NCBI GenBank assembly: GCA_964552045.1
Contig: CAZKFF010000007.1
Coordinates: 3,949 to 67,948, forward strand
Direction: 5' to 3'
Length of the DNA: 64,000 nt
From: an uncultured Candidatus Saccharibacteria bacterium
GTDB taxonomy: Bacteria > Patescibacteriota > Minisyncoccia > Phycocordibacterales > UBA918
This document shows positions 8,388 to 16,841 of the stretch, one piece after another; position 1 is the stretch's first letter; every line of letters starts with the position of its first letter. A program made the position numbers and the translations under genes. Below the pieces are notes generated by a model. The model ran no database searches. It was given only the letters and a program-made list of their open reading frames with translations, and had not been told where the DNA came from.

Positions 8388-9482
8388 TCACATAAATGGC
8401 GCGAGGGCTAAGCCGATGGCTGTCGCGTACCCGAACGAGAAGCGCCGACCGATGGGCGGGACCTTCTCTTCTATTGAAAAGGCATTCTGCCACACATTAG
8501 CGCGCTTGGCTTCGACCTCGAGCGTCTCAGTGAAATACGCGGGGAGTCCCTTCATATTGACGCTGCCGCCGCAGAGAATGATCGACTGTATCTGCCGGTC
8601 CTCATGCGCAATATCCTTGGTGTTCCAGTACTGAATGCGCATGCCGATCTCTTCTGAGATGGACGACATGGCGGTAAGAAGCACGTCATAGACGCTGCTG
8701 TCACTTACCCCCTGTATCAACCCCTGGGTGTTCTTGATCTGCGTGAGCTTCGATTCCTCCAGATCGCCCAGTTTTTTGCGCATTGCTGCGGACAGTTCCG
8801 CTCCGCCGATATCAATGGTGGAGGTGTACATCAGTATCCCCCGGTGCACAATACCCACACCGGTACGCGTTTTCCCGAAGTCAACGATCATGTGCGTGCC
8901 AGTGTCTCCGCGCGGAATGGTCGCCCGGGCGATCGCCTGTGCTTCGATCTCAAACGAGACCGGGACGACACCGGCTGCGCGGCAGGCATCGTAATAGCTC
9001 ATGACCGTATCCTTCGCGTATGCGGTTACCGATACCCGCAGCATATTCTCATCATTGCTACCCTCAATGATGTCGTAGTCGAAGAATGCATCCCGTGGAT
9101 TGAGGGGCACGTTTTCCTCGAGACGGAACTCAAGCAGACCGCGCACCTCCTTCTGCGGCGTATCGCGCTTTATTTCGGTTTCAAACAGGTAGGCCCGCTC
9201 TTCGGGAAGTGATACGCGCACATTATCTATGCCAATGCGGTCTTTGACCTCCCGAAGCGCCTCTGAGAGCTTTTTCCCGTCGTGCACGACGCCACGCGAA
9301 AGCGCCCCTTGTGCGATGTCGATATCGCCCCAGTACAGGAGCTGCAGCTGTATGCCGCTGCGGCTGTCGCTCTTGAATTGGATATATTTGAGCGACGTGT
9401 CAGAGACATCCACCCCGGCACTCGGAAGCTGAATATATGAAGGCGGCGGTATGATCTTGCCGAGCGTCTGAAGAACTTTCAT
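8388..9482 (-). CDS. pilM: PilM type IV pilus assembly protein (actin-like ATPase fold)
   Basis: Actin/FtsA-like motifs (IVDFGKTRTGVGIV, ILCGGSVNMKGL). Internal ATG (MKVLQTLG...) chosen as start, 55 nt after the upstream gene. Confidence 0.75.
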   Translation of the reverse strand: MKVLQTLGKIIPPPSYIQLPSAGVDVSDTSLKYIQFKSDSRSGIQLQLLYWGDIDIAQGALSRGVVHDGKKLSEALREVKDRIGIDNVRVSLPEERAYLFETEIKRDTPQKEVRGLLEFRLEENVPLNPRDAFFDYDIIEGSNDENMLRVSVTAYAKDTVMSYYDACRAAGVVPVSFEIEAQAIARATIPRGDTGTHMIVDFGKTRTGVGIVHRGILMYTSTIDIGGAELSAAMRKKLGDLEESKLTQIKNTQGLIQGVSDSSVYDVLLTAMSSISEEIGMRIQYWNTKDIAHEDRQIQSIILCGGSVNMKGLPAYFTETLEVEAKRANVWQNAFSIEEKVPPIGRRFSFGYATAIGLALAPFM

Positions 9483-9537
9483 ATAGTAAGCATTATACGC
9501 TGTTGGGCACTTCAATTCACGGATGCAACTCACACGT

Positions 9538-9873
9538 TTAGTGTACACGTGTCCCCGCAGGGAGCGCTGCGCTCGGATGAAGCAGCGCGAACGTCGCCTC
9601 ATGGTCGGCAGCCAGGATCATGCCCTGACTCTCGAGGCCTCTGATGACCCGCACCTGCAGATTGAGAATAAAGGGGCACTGCTTCCCCACCAGCACGGAT
9701 ATGTCTTCAAAATACTCCCGGATGCCTGAGATGATCTGCCGGGGCGCTTCCTCGCCGACATCGACGGTAAGCTTCAGGAGCTTATCTGCTCCTTCCACGT
9801 ACGCAACTTCCGTGATCGTTCCGAGTGCTATATCGAGCTTCGCAAAATCGTCGTATGAGATGATCTCTTTCAT
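9538..9873 (-). CDS. tRNA-binding domain protein (CsaA/EMAP/Myf-like OB fold)
   Basis: DIALGTITEV...GADKLLKLTVDVGEE..RQIISGI pattern of the tRNA-binding domain family. Confidence 0.7.
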   Translation of the reverse strand: MKEIISYDDFAKLDIALGTITEVAYVEGADKLLKLTVDVGEEAPRQIISGIREYFEDISVLVGKQCPFILNLQVRVIRGLESQGMILAADHEATFALLHPSAALPAGTRVH

Positions 9874-9874
9874 G

Positions 9875-10255
9875 TTATTTTTTCCGTGTTATGAAACTGT
9901 TAAGGATTATTGCTGCAGCCGAGGCGTCGGTTTTCGCGTTCCTCCCCTGGAGGCGGATGGCCTCCTGTGTTGAGTACTGCTCGGGCTCGAGATACACCGG
10001 CAAGCCTGTGTGGAGCGTCAGGTCGGTCACCAGTTCAGTGATACGCTCCTGTATCTCATTGGGCTTGCCGTTCCTACCAAGAGAATGACCAACAACGATC
10101 TCTCCGACATGCTTTTCCTGCGCAAGCGCAATGATCTTTTGGAGTGCGTCATCAGTATTCTCCACCACCTGGTCGGGAAACGCCATACTGCCCGCCTCGT
10201 CTGTGAACGCGATACCGATCCGCCGCTTCCCATAATCTATTCCCATTTTTCTCAT
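9875..10255 (-). CDS. ruvX: Holliday-junction resolvase-like / pre-16S rRNA nuclease YqgF (RuvX)
   Basis: MRKMGIDYGKRRIGIAFTD N-terminus and overall 126-aa RNase H-like pattern of YqgF. Confidence 0.8.
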   Translation of the reverse strand: MRKMGIDYGKRRIGIAFTDEAGSMAFPDQVVENTDDALQKIIALAQEKHVGEIVVGHSLGRNGKPNEIQERITELVTDLTLHTGLPVYLEPEQYSTQEAIRLQGRNAKTDASAAAIILNSFITRKK

Positions 10256-10273
10256 TGCTATAGAGTAGCATAG

Positions 10274-10302
10274 TTGGAAAATTCATACTTTTCTGCTACT
10301 AT
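10274..10302 (+). promoter_or_regulatory. Putative sigma70-type promoter for tRNA-Ser
   Basis: TTGGAA - 17 nt - TACTAT located about 45 nt upstream of the tRNA-Ser 5' end. Confidence 0.3.
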
Positions 10303-10348
10303 CCAGGTCACATTGCTGTGTTCGAACAGCTGTGGACATAAATATTAC

Positions 10349-10435
10349 GGAGGGATGGCTGAGTGGTTGAAGGCGGCGGTCTTGAAAACCGTTAGGGATG
10401 AAAGTCTCTCGAGGGTTCGAATCCCTCTCCCTCCG
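10349..10435 (+). tRNA. tRNA-Ser (anticodon TGA), type II
   Basis: GGAGGGATGGCTGAGTGGTTGAAGGCGGCGGTCTTGAAAACCGTTAGGGATGAAAGTCTCTCGAGGGTTCGAATCCCTCTCCCTCCG. Anticodon loop CTTGAAA. Long variable arm. Confidence 0.85.
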
Positions 10436-10572
10436 CATACGACGTGGAAGCCCAATGCGACCAAGCATCGGGCTGATTGCTTCATACGAAATGGAGAGGA
10501 TTCGAAGCTGTTTTGAGATAGTTCGAGAGCGAAGCAAATCAAAATATCCAAAACGGGTACTGAACATGGAGT

Positions 10573-10587
10573 GTTCGAATCCCTCTC
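10573..10587 (+). repeat. Partial copy of the tRNA-Ser T-arm/3' end (gttcgaatccctctc), direct repeat of 10415-10429
   Basis: 15-nt exact repeat 140 nt downstream of tRNA-Ser, embedded in a tRNA-like but non-foldable segment (about 10492-10595). Confidence 0.45.
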
Positions 10588-10702
10588 TCCGTAGCCCGTA
10601 CGTGCCTGCGCCTTTCCATCCATCCTGCTTTTTGTCGCATTCGCAAAAGAGCCCCCATACGGCGGCTCTTTGCATGATCCGACATTGGTTCAGTTCTTCG
10701 GT

Positions 10703-12526
10703 TCAGTCCTTCTTCTCCTCGACTGCGAAGTGGAACATCATTCCTGAGTGCAGATGCTCTGCAATGTGGCAGTGCGCCATCCACTTTCCCGGATTGCTCA
10801 TATCGACCAAAAGGTCAACAGTCTGCCCCATCGGAATGAGCACCGTGTCCTTCCACTGGAGGTTGTCGTTGACGACGCCGTCCCTTCCGAGGACCACGAA
10901 GCGCTGTCCGTGGAAGTGGATCGGATGCTGCATAGGATGGAGTCCGCGACCGTCATTGAATATTCTCACCTTTACCATATCTCCCTGCGTAAAGGACCAA
11001 TCAATGTCGCCGTTTCTCTTGCCGGTATCCTGATCTTCGATGATCCACTCTATGGTCTGATCAGTACTGAGCTCATTTATCTCCACCATTCCATCTTCCC
11101 ACTCGATGCCATCGGGATGTGAATGCATCTGCATCGCACTCATACCTTCTATTGTGTAGGCGTCACAGCCATTGGTGTCCGGCATGAGCTGGCAGTGCTG
11201 CTCTGCCTGTGCCCGGGTCATTTCTGTACCATCCAAGACAACCATGTCTGCGTTATCCAGTTGCCTCAGCGCATCACATTCCGCCATCTGCGGCATTATC
11301 TTGCAGTGTTCGACCCCTTGCTCCTTGGTCATCTTCACCCCCATCAGAGTCACATTTCCGTCCGCATCTATCAGACCCTCGCCTTCGGTTGATGCCGTTT
11401 TCAACGCGACATCAAGTCGCAGGCTTTTATCCGGCTTCTGTTTTAGGAGCTCGATGATATTCTCCCGGATACTCGCATAATCGGATGCATTGGAACGGAG
11501 GTTCCGGAACTCCGCGATCCGTGAACCATCATTTTCTTCTACGATCACCTCACCGATCTTCTGGCCGCGGTTGAGGATATCGAACGTCCCTGCATCCTCA
11601 TACAGAAGCTCGACCACCGACCGTTCTGACGGGGCGATGACCGTATTATCGACCATTACCTCCTTTTCAGCCCTGCCATTATCTCCTCCGACCTGCTTCA
11701 TCTGTGCTCCCGAGAAGCTCAGGTCGAATGTACGGGTATTTGCCACATCGGTCATGAAGAACCGCGAGATCTCCCCCTGTTTGACCGTGATCTGGAAATC
11801 CTCCGAGTCATTGATGCGGATGCTGTTCCCATATCTGCCCATCAGGGCGTGGGTTACTATCTCAGGGTCGAAATCCGCATTCTCAAGGAAATCATCGAAG
11901 ATAAGATAGGACTCCTGATCAACTTCATTCCAATACCCCGGTTCTGACACGATGATATTCCCGAACAGACCGAGTCCCTGCTGGTAATCTTCACGGATGT
12001 GCGGGTGATACCAGTAGACGCCCGCGTCAGGGAATGTAAGCTCATAGGTGAATGTTCCTCCTACAGGAATCGGGTCCTGAGCAAGCGGCGCTGACCCGTC
12101 GAAATGCCAATCTCCGCGCAACCCATGGGAATGAAGGGTTGTCTCCATATCAATGCTGTTCTTGAAATTGACGGTCACCTTTGCTCCTTTTTCCACCTTC
12201 AGTACCGGACCTGGTATCTGATCGTTATACGCAAGGCGCTTAACGAGCTTATTGCCGACCTCCTGCGTTACGATCTTTGCCTCGAGATTGAATGTGTCGC
12301 CGTCGTGCAATTCAACGATCTGCGTGGGCTGTATGCGGTCGACATCTTCATGCACGGCGGTGAGTCCGCCGACGAAGTTGTCAGGCACGCGGATCTCTCG
12401 CGTCGCACTATTCTGCAGCAGCGCATTTCCGTACAAGGTGTATACCGCTGCACAGACAGCGAGCAGAAGCACGCTTCCAAGACACAGTAGCGTGTAGGTG
12501 ATCCCGGTTTTAGTAAGTGTAATCAC
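10703..12526 (-). CDS. Multicopper oxidase (CueO/laccase-like) with Met/His-rich insert, membrane-anchored
   Basis: All four copper-ligand motifs present: HSHGLRGDWHFDG, WYHPHIRED, HPIHFHGQRF, HCHIAEHLHSGMMFHF. Met-rich insert ...CKIMPQMAEC...CQLMPDTNGCDAYTIEGMSAMQMHSH. N-terminal hydrophobic anchor. Confidence 0.85.
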   Translation of the reverse strand: MITLTKTGITYTLLCLGSVLLLAVCAAVYTLYGNALLQNSATREIRVPDNFVGGLTAVHEDVDRIQPTQIVELHDGDTFNLEAKIVTQEVGNKLVKRLAYNDQIPGPVLKVEKGAKVTVNFKNSIDMETTLHSHGLRGDWHFDGSAPLAQDPIPVGGTFTYELTFPDAGVYWYHPHIREDYQQGLGLFGNIIVSEPGYWNEVDQESYLIFDDFLENADFDPEIVTHALMGRYGNSIRINDSEDFQITVKQGEISRFFMTDVANTRTFDLSFSGAQMKQVGGDNGRAEKEVMVDNTVIAPSERSVVELLYEDAGTFDILNRGQKIGEVIVEENDGSRIAEFRNLRSNASDYASIRENIIELLKQKPDKSLRLDVALKTASTEGEGLIDADGNVTLMGVKMTKEQGVEHCKIMPQMAECDALRQLDNADMVVLDGTEMTRAQAEQHCQLMPDTNGCDAYTIEGMSAMQMHSHPDGIEWEDGMVEINELSTDQTIEWIIEDQDTGKRNGDIDWSFTQGDMVKVRIFNDGRGLHPMQHPIHFHGQRFVVLGRDGVVNDNLQWKDTVLIPMGQTVDLLVDMSNPGKWMAHCHIAEHLHSGMMFHFAVEEKKD

Positions 12527-12542
12527 GATTTTTTGAGCGCAA

Positions 12543-13226
12543 CTATTCCACTACCAGGTATCCGATCATTCCTTTCTGGCGATGATTCATCACCGAACAA
12601 TAATATTGGAATGTTCCTGTTTTGTCAGCAGTAAAGGTAATTGAGGTATGTTCCCCGTCGTTCACGCGTTCGGTTGCCACACCCAGCTCATCAATGACCC
12701 AGTCGTGGAAACCTTGAGTACTCTTGAAGTTGATAGTGACCGTGTCGCCCTTCTTCACCTTGATCTGGTTGAGATTGTATTCGTAGTCTTTTCCCTCCAC
12801 GTCGAATTCGACATGATGCTGTTGCGAAACGGAGACTGCTGCGTCTGACTTCTCGCGCATATCGATTGCCGGGGTCACTATTGTTCCGTCACTCATCTGT
12901 ATGGTGCCGTTTGCGAGAATGACCGCGTCAGGAATCGTATCGCCGTTTTTCTTCATCACCGTACCGTCAGGCATGATGTGGACTCCCTCATAATTTTCAG
13001 CGTTTGAAGAAGACGAAGGAGCGTCGGACTGGTCCATTGACACAGGCATTGTGGCATTCTCAGCTGTATCTTGCCCGGTTTGGATGTTGGTGTTCTCCTG
13101 CTTTAGATTCACGACCTCGGGAGCGGGTATCATCCCAACTCCTTTGAGGCTATTGAACGCAAGATACCCGCCCACCAAAAGAATGATGGCTGCAATCCCG
13201 GCTAGTATCTGGTATTTTTGAGACAT
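12543..13226 (-). CDS. Cupredoxin (type-1 blue copper protein), membrane-anchored
   Basis: C-terminal domain has the plastocyanin/azurin ligand pattern H (GFHDWVIDE) ... C-x4-H-x4-M (YYCSVMNHRQKGMIGYLVV). N-terminal TM anchor, Ser-rich linker, Met-containing HIMPDGTVM / MSDGTIV motifs. Confidence 0.7.
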   Translation of the reverse strand: MSQKYQILAGIAAIILLVGGYLAFNSLKGVGMIPAPEVVNLKQENTNIQTGQDTAENATMPVSMDQSDAPSSSSNAENYEGVHIMPDGTVMKKNGDTIPDAVILANGTIQMSDGTIVTPAIDMREKSDAAVSVSQQHHVEFDVEGKDYEYNLNQIKVKKGDTVTINFKSTQGFHDWVIDELGVATERVNDGEHTSITFTADKTGTFQYYCSVMNHRQKGMIGYLVVE

Positions 13227-13229
13227 ACG

Positions 13230-13892
13230 TTAGCGGAGATCAAATTTAGGTTCGATAATCCTTCCGTCAGAGAGCTTCACTTTGCCGTCAGCGGTAATGG
13301 TCGCTCCTTCAACCTCATCCCCGTCTCCCCACATGATCATGCCGTCGCTCATGATATGGATTCCAGACACATCTTCAGCAGCTGATGTCGCAGCATCTTC
13401 ATCAACGGAATCACCCTTCTCATTGAGTTCTCCTTCAGGCAAAGTGAGGATCGCTGCAACCTCAGCTTCAGAAAATTCAGTCTTCTCCGCGATCGCCTTC
13501 GCTACTGCCGCCTTGTCTGTGTATGAGACTCCCTCAAGGAAGAACTCTTCGAGTTCCTTGCCCGGGCGCTGCACATGGGCATGCGGCTTATAGCTGTGCA
13601 CCTCTACCCAGATCTTCAGTTCCTCTGCAGTGCCGTGATCTGTCTCATCATGATGATGGACATGCATATCGGCTACAGCGTCTCCTGACAACGCTGCCTT
13701 TTGTTCCAAGAGGTCGATGAGCTGCGTAAGCACAGTGATCAACTGCTGCATGCGCGCAAGCTGCGGATCCGATGCAATTTCGGTCTCGTGTGCTTCGTCG
13801 CCATGAGCTGAAGCGAAGCTGTAGGAAGCTCCGAAAACGAGCGTAGCTATCGTCAGCAAAACCATTAGTCGCATATTCAATTGTACTGTCAT
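13230..13892 (-). CDS. His-rich exported protein (putative periplasmic metal-binding protein)
   Basis: Signal peptide (MRLMVLLTIATLVFGASYSFASA). His clusters HGDEAHETE and MHVHHHDETDHG. C-terminal IHIMSDGMIMWGDGDE...SDGRIIEP repeats resembling those of the adjacent cupredoxin. Confidence 0.5.
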   Translation of the reverse strand: MTVQLNMRLMVLLTIATLVFGASYSFASAHGDEAHETEIASDPQLARMQQLITVLTQLIDLLEQKAALSGDAVADMHVHHHDETDHGTAEELKIWVEVHSYKPHAHVQRPGKELEEFFLEGVSYTDKAAVAKAIAEKTEFSEAEVAAILTLPEGELNEKGDSVDEDAATSAAEDVSGIHIMSDGMIMWGDGDEVEGATITADGKVKLSDGRIIEPKFDLR

Positions 13893-13944
13893 AGGTGAAA
13901 TATAATCTAAATGTTTAATACTGTGTGTACGAAAGCAGACGCAA

Positions 13945-14364
13945 TTAGTGCAGTTTTGGATTCAATATTCCTGCAGCATACAGAAGACCGATATACGCAT
14001 TGGGTTGCGGAGGACGAAGCTTCTGGAGATACCTGCAGCGTATGAGGGAGCGCGTGATCATGTTCCGGCATGCTGCCGCCAGCGAAAGCGAGAAAATAAG
14101 GATGAAAAGCGGCGCAGTCGGAATGGAAAAGAGGAATTTCTTCTCCGCCATGTGCATCTTATCCGCAAGTGACTCAGACGCCTGTACGGGAACAACGGGA
14201 GCTTCCTTGGCATGTACATGCTTTTCAAACGGCAGCACAGACGCGTGCGCGATGCCATAGTGCGCATGCTTCGCCTGGATCGCATGGAGACCCAAAGAAC
14301 AGATGACGATGATCGCACAGGCGATGGAGAATGCGTTTTTGATCATGTCAGTAGACATACTCAC
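13945..14364 (-). CDS. Small His-rich exported/membrane protein
   Basis: Signal-peptide-like MIKNAFSIACAIIVICSLGLHAIQA, then KHAHYGIAHASVLPFEKHVHAKE, and a C-terminal TM helix. First gene of the co-directional copper locus. Confidence 0.4.
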   Translation of the reverse strand: MSMSTDMIKNAFSIACAIIVICSLGLHAIQAKHAHYGIAHASVLPFEKHVHAKEAPVVPVQASESLADKMHMAEKKFLFSIPTAPLFILIFSLSLAAACRNMITRSLIRCRYLQKLRPPQPNAYIGLLYAAGILNPKLH

Positions 14365-14420
14365 TGTATACCATACCCTTTTCAGTATGTGCTGTAAACC
14401 ATATTTACTCCCGAAAATAC

Positions 14421-14936
14421 GTGAGCATGCGCATGGCGCGTCCTCTTCCGTGCTACAATTTTGGCATGGCAGAAGAACTCAGAGGAGTGACGTGGGAAGC
14501 ATATGAGCACCACCACGTGGAGAAAAAAAGCGACTGGTACTGGGTCGTCGGCATACTCGTCATTGCCTGTGCGCTCGGCGCGATCCTGCTCGGCAATGTC
14601 CTTCTCGGCATCGCTATCTTCACCGGCGGAGCAGTGATGCTTATCCTGGCCGCGCGGGAGCCGAAGATTGTCTCCTATGCAGTCACTCAGCGGGGGTTGC
14701 GTATCGACCAGCAGCTCTTTCCCTACTCGACACTTGAGGCATATCATATTGATGAAGAGAATGTGCTCGGTCCGCAGCTGTTGGTAATGTCCGAAAAAAT
14801 GTTCATGCCGCTTCTGGTGATCCCTGTCCCGGAGGAATACACCGACGACATAGAGGACATTATCGGGGCAAAACTCCCTGAACAACATCTCGAAGAGCCG
14901 TTCGGCCACAAAATGCTTGAATTCATCGGATTCTAA
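14421..14936 (+). CDS. Hypothetical membrane protein
   Basis: Two adjacent TM helices (WYWVVGILVIACALGAILLGNVLLGIAIFTGGAVMLILAA) followed by an acidic soluble domain. Preferred over the overlapping antisense ORF on composition. Confidence 0.45.
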   Translation: MSMRMARPLPCYNFGMAEELRGVTWEAYEHHHVEKKSDWYWVVGILVIACALGAILLGNVLLGIAIFTGGAVMLILAAREPKIVSYAVTQRGLRIDQQLFPYSTLEAYHIDEENVLGPQLLVMSEKMFMPLLVIPVPEEYTDDIEDIIGAKLPEQHLEEPFGHKMLEFIGF

Positions 14937-14973
14937 CGACCGCGTCTGAAGCGCTTCCATTAATATGTTCTTG

Positions 14974-14982
14974 TGGTATTAT
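14974..14982 (+). promoter_or_regulatory. Extended -10 promoter element (TGgTATTAT) upstream of tRNA-Arg(GCG)
   Basis: TGGTATTAT matches the extended -10 consensus TGnTATAAT and ends 8 nt before the tRNA 5' end. Confidence 0.3.
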
Positions 14983-14990
14983 CGCTGCAC

Positions 14991-15062
14991 GCTCTCATAG
15001 TTCAATGGATAAAACTCCGGTTTGCGGTACCGGCACTCCAGGTTCGATTCCTGGTGAGAGCA
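14991..15062 (+). tRNA. tRNA-Arg (anticodon GCG as read)
   Basis: GCTCTCATAGTTCAATGGATAAAACTCCGGTTTGCGGTACCGGCACTCCAGGTTCGATTCCTGGTGAGAGCA. Perfect 5-bp anticodon stem CCGGT/ACCGG. Loop TTGCGGT. Confidence 0.8.
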
Positions 15063-15210
15063 CACAATGAAGACCCTCTGGGTTTTGTTTTGCGCACAAA
15101 CTTCTGCGTGCCTCCAAGAAACAGCAGACCTAACCGGATTTCCCTCTCAAAAATCGCACTCAGCGTGAGACTTCGCTGTGGTACACTAGGGTAAACGCAC
15201 GATCGCATTC

Positions 15211-16734
15211 ATGACACGAAAAAGAATACAGATTCTTATTTTTATTTTTTTGGGTGTGTGTCTGCTTGGACTCGGTGCATATCTGTACACAAACCAGGTA
15301 TCCGAAGCAGGAACCTACAAACTGACCGATCCTGATTCTTCCGTACATGTCGTTACGCTCACCGCAAAGGGCTTCAAACCGGAACGGCTCATTATTCGGA
15401 AGGGCGATCAGGTTATCTTCGAGAGCGCCGAAGACAGACCCTACTGGCCTGCCTCGGATGTGCACCCGACACATGAGGCCTACCCTGAATTCGATGCGAA
15501 GAAACCGATTGTTCCTCCGGAGAACTACGAGTTTGTCTTCGACAAGCCGGGAGTATGGTCGTACCACGACCATATCGCACACACACTTACCGGGGTTATC
15601 TATGTATTGGAAACAGGCAAAGAAAGCATAGCGGCGATCGATTACGCCAAAGCCGACTGTACGACACTTGATGGCAATGAACGCACCATGTGCTGGGATG
15701 AACATATTCGTGAAGTCGCACGTACGCAGGGACTTGATGCCGCTTTTGATTTCTTCATTTCGCTCTATGACGAAGAGGAAGGTGTGGAAAAATCCTGCCA
15801 CGAATGGATACATGCGCTCGGAGAGGCCGCATACGAGATCTATGCCCAAGGCGGAGAGGTCCAACTGCGAGCGGAGACTTCATGGTGCAGCTACGGCTAC
15901 TATCACGGCTTCATCAATGGCCTCATCTGGGACACCGGAAGCCTCGAAAAGGTTATGGACTTTTGCAATACTGCGGTCGCGAAATACGGTGATGCCCTGC
16001 CGCAGATCAAAAGCAATTGTTTCCATGGCACTGGGCACGCTGGAGTAGACTTGTTCTTCGACGATCCGGCGTATTGGGGTGATTTCAATAAAATAGCTAA
16101 GGCGGGATTCAAACAGTGCGATGATCTGTTCGGCGACGATCCGCTCATAAATGAATGCTACGGCGGGGTCATTCATGGCATCAGGTTCAGCATGCGCAAC
16201 AATATACACGGGATGAACTTTGACATTGTGATCAATCAAAAAGACCCGTACTACTACTGCCGTGATCTCGACGAGAAATACCATCGGGCCTGCTATTCCG
16301 ATTTCGCAAGCATGTTCTGGGATGTTTTCAACGGCGATGTGAAACAGGCAGTGGCCTATATCGTCAACGAGCATATTCCAAACGACGCGGTTACTGCCTA
16401 CTCGCTTCTGAAAGTGTCTGCCGCATGGGTAGAACATGACCTTGCCACCGGTGAACACCAAGCAAACGTCGAAGCGTGCCGCACGGTACAGGGTGAGCTC
16501 TTCGCTGAGTGCTTCCTCGGTATCGGTATCGGCTTTGTACAGCACGGCGAGCCGGACAATATGCACGAAAAGGCCTTTGCCTTCTGCCGGAGTGATTACC
16601 TGACGCCGGCAGAACGGACAACCTGTTTTACCCAGATGCCTGATCTGCTTGTCTCCTCCTATTCTCCTGAACGGATCGCACAGGCGTGCAGCACGCTTGC
16701 CCCGTCTGAGCGATACGGCCGTTGCGCACTGTAG
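15211..16734 (+). CDS. Exported two-module protein, family A: Cys-less cupredoxin-like domain plus Cys/His-rich repeat domain
   Basis: N-terminal TM anchor. Domain 1 PYWPASDVHPTHEAYPEFD...WSYHDHIAHTLTGVIYV. Domain 2 with CHEWIHALGE, CSYGYYHGFINGL, CFHGTGHAGVD, CYGGVIHGI and about 20 Cys. Paralog of 24071-25564 and 46361-47806. Confidence 0.7.
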   Translation: MTRKRIQILIFIFLGVCLLGLGAYLYTNQVSEAGTYKLTDPDSSVHVVTLTAKGFKPERLIIRKGDQVIFESAEDRPYWPASDVHPTHEAYPEFDAKKPIVPPENYEFVFDKPGVWSYHDHIAHTLTGVIYVLETGKESIAAIDYAKADCTTLDGNERTMCWDEHIREVARTQGLDAAFDFFISLYDEEEGVEKSCHEWIHALGEAAYEIYAQGGEVQLRAETSWCSYGYYHGFINGLIWDTGSLEKVMDFCNTAVAKYGDALPQIKSNCFHGTGHAGVDLFFDDPAYWGDFNKIAKAGFKQCDDLFGDDPLINECYGGVIHGIRFSMRNNIHGMNFDIVINQKDPYYYCRDLDEKYHRACYSDFASMFWDVFNGDVKQAVAYIVNEHIPNDAVTAYSLLKVSAAWVEHDLATGEHQANVEACRTVQGELFAECFLGIGIGFVQHGEPDNMHEKAFAFCRSDYLTPAERTTCFTQMPDLLVSSYSPERIAQACSTLAPSERYGRCAL

Positions 16735-16841
16735 ACGAGCATAATCCGACATCAGTACTGCTTTTATTCACTGATGCAAAGACACGCGTGCCCAAGCACG
16801 CGTGTCTTTCTGCTGTCTCTCTTGTAAGGTTGTTTGCAGTC

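Noticed and set aside
10492-10595. Possible additional tRNA (tRNA-Ser-like 3' half)
   Set aside because: No D-arm. The 5' acceptor GGAGAGG cannot pair with the 3' CCCTCTCTCC register. Treated as a decayed fragment or att remnant rather than a gene.
14355-14400. Inverted repeat ACATACT-N32-AGTATGT upstream of the copper locus as a metalloregulator operator
   Set aside because: The spacer is far too long for CueR/CsoR/CopY-type operators and the match is only 7 bp. Possibly a weak hairpin, not reported as a feature.
14382-14960. Minus-strand ORF (192 aa) overlapping the plus-strand membrane-protein ORF 14421..14936
   Set aside because: Only one can be real. The plus-strand product has clean paired TM helices and reads toward the downstream tRNA-Arg promoter. 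The minus product is Arg/His/Cys-rich with no features. Kept the plus strand, with moderate confidence.
15160-16752. Minus-strand ORFs 15160..15864 and 15880..16752 antisense to the family A gene
   Set aside because: They are antisense shadows of a gene with strong paralog support. Val/Arg/Leu-rich composition typical of antisense frames in GC-rich DNA.
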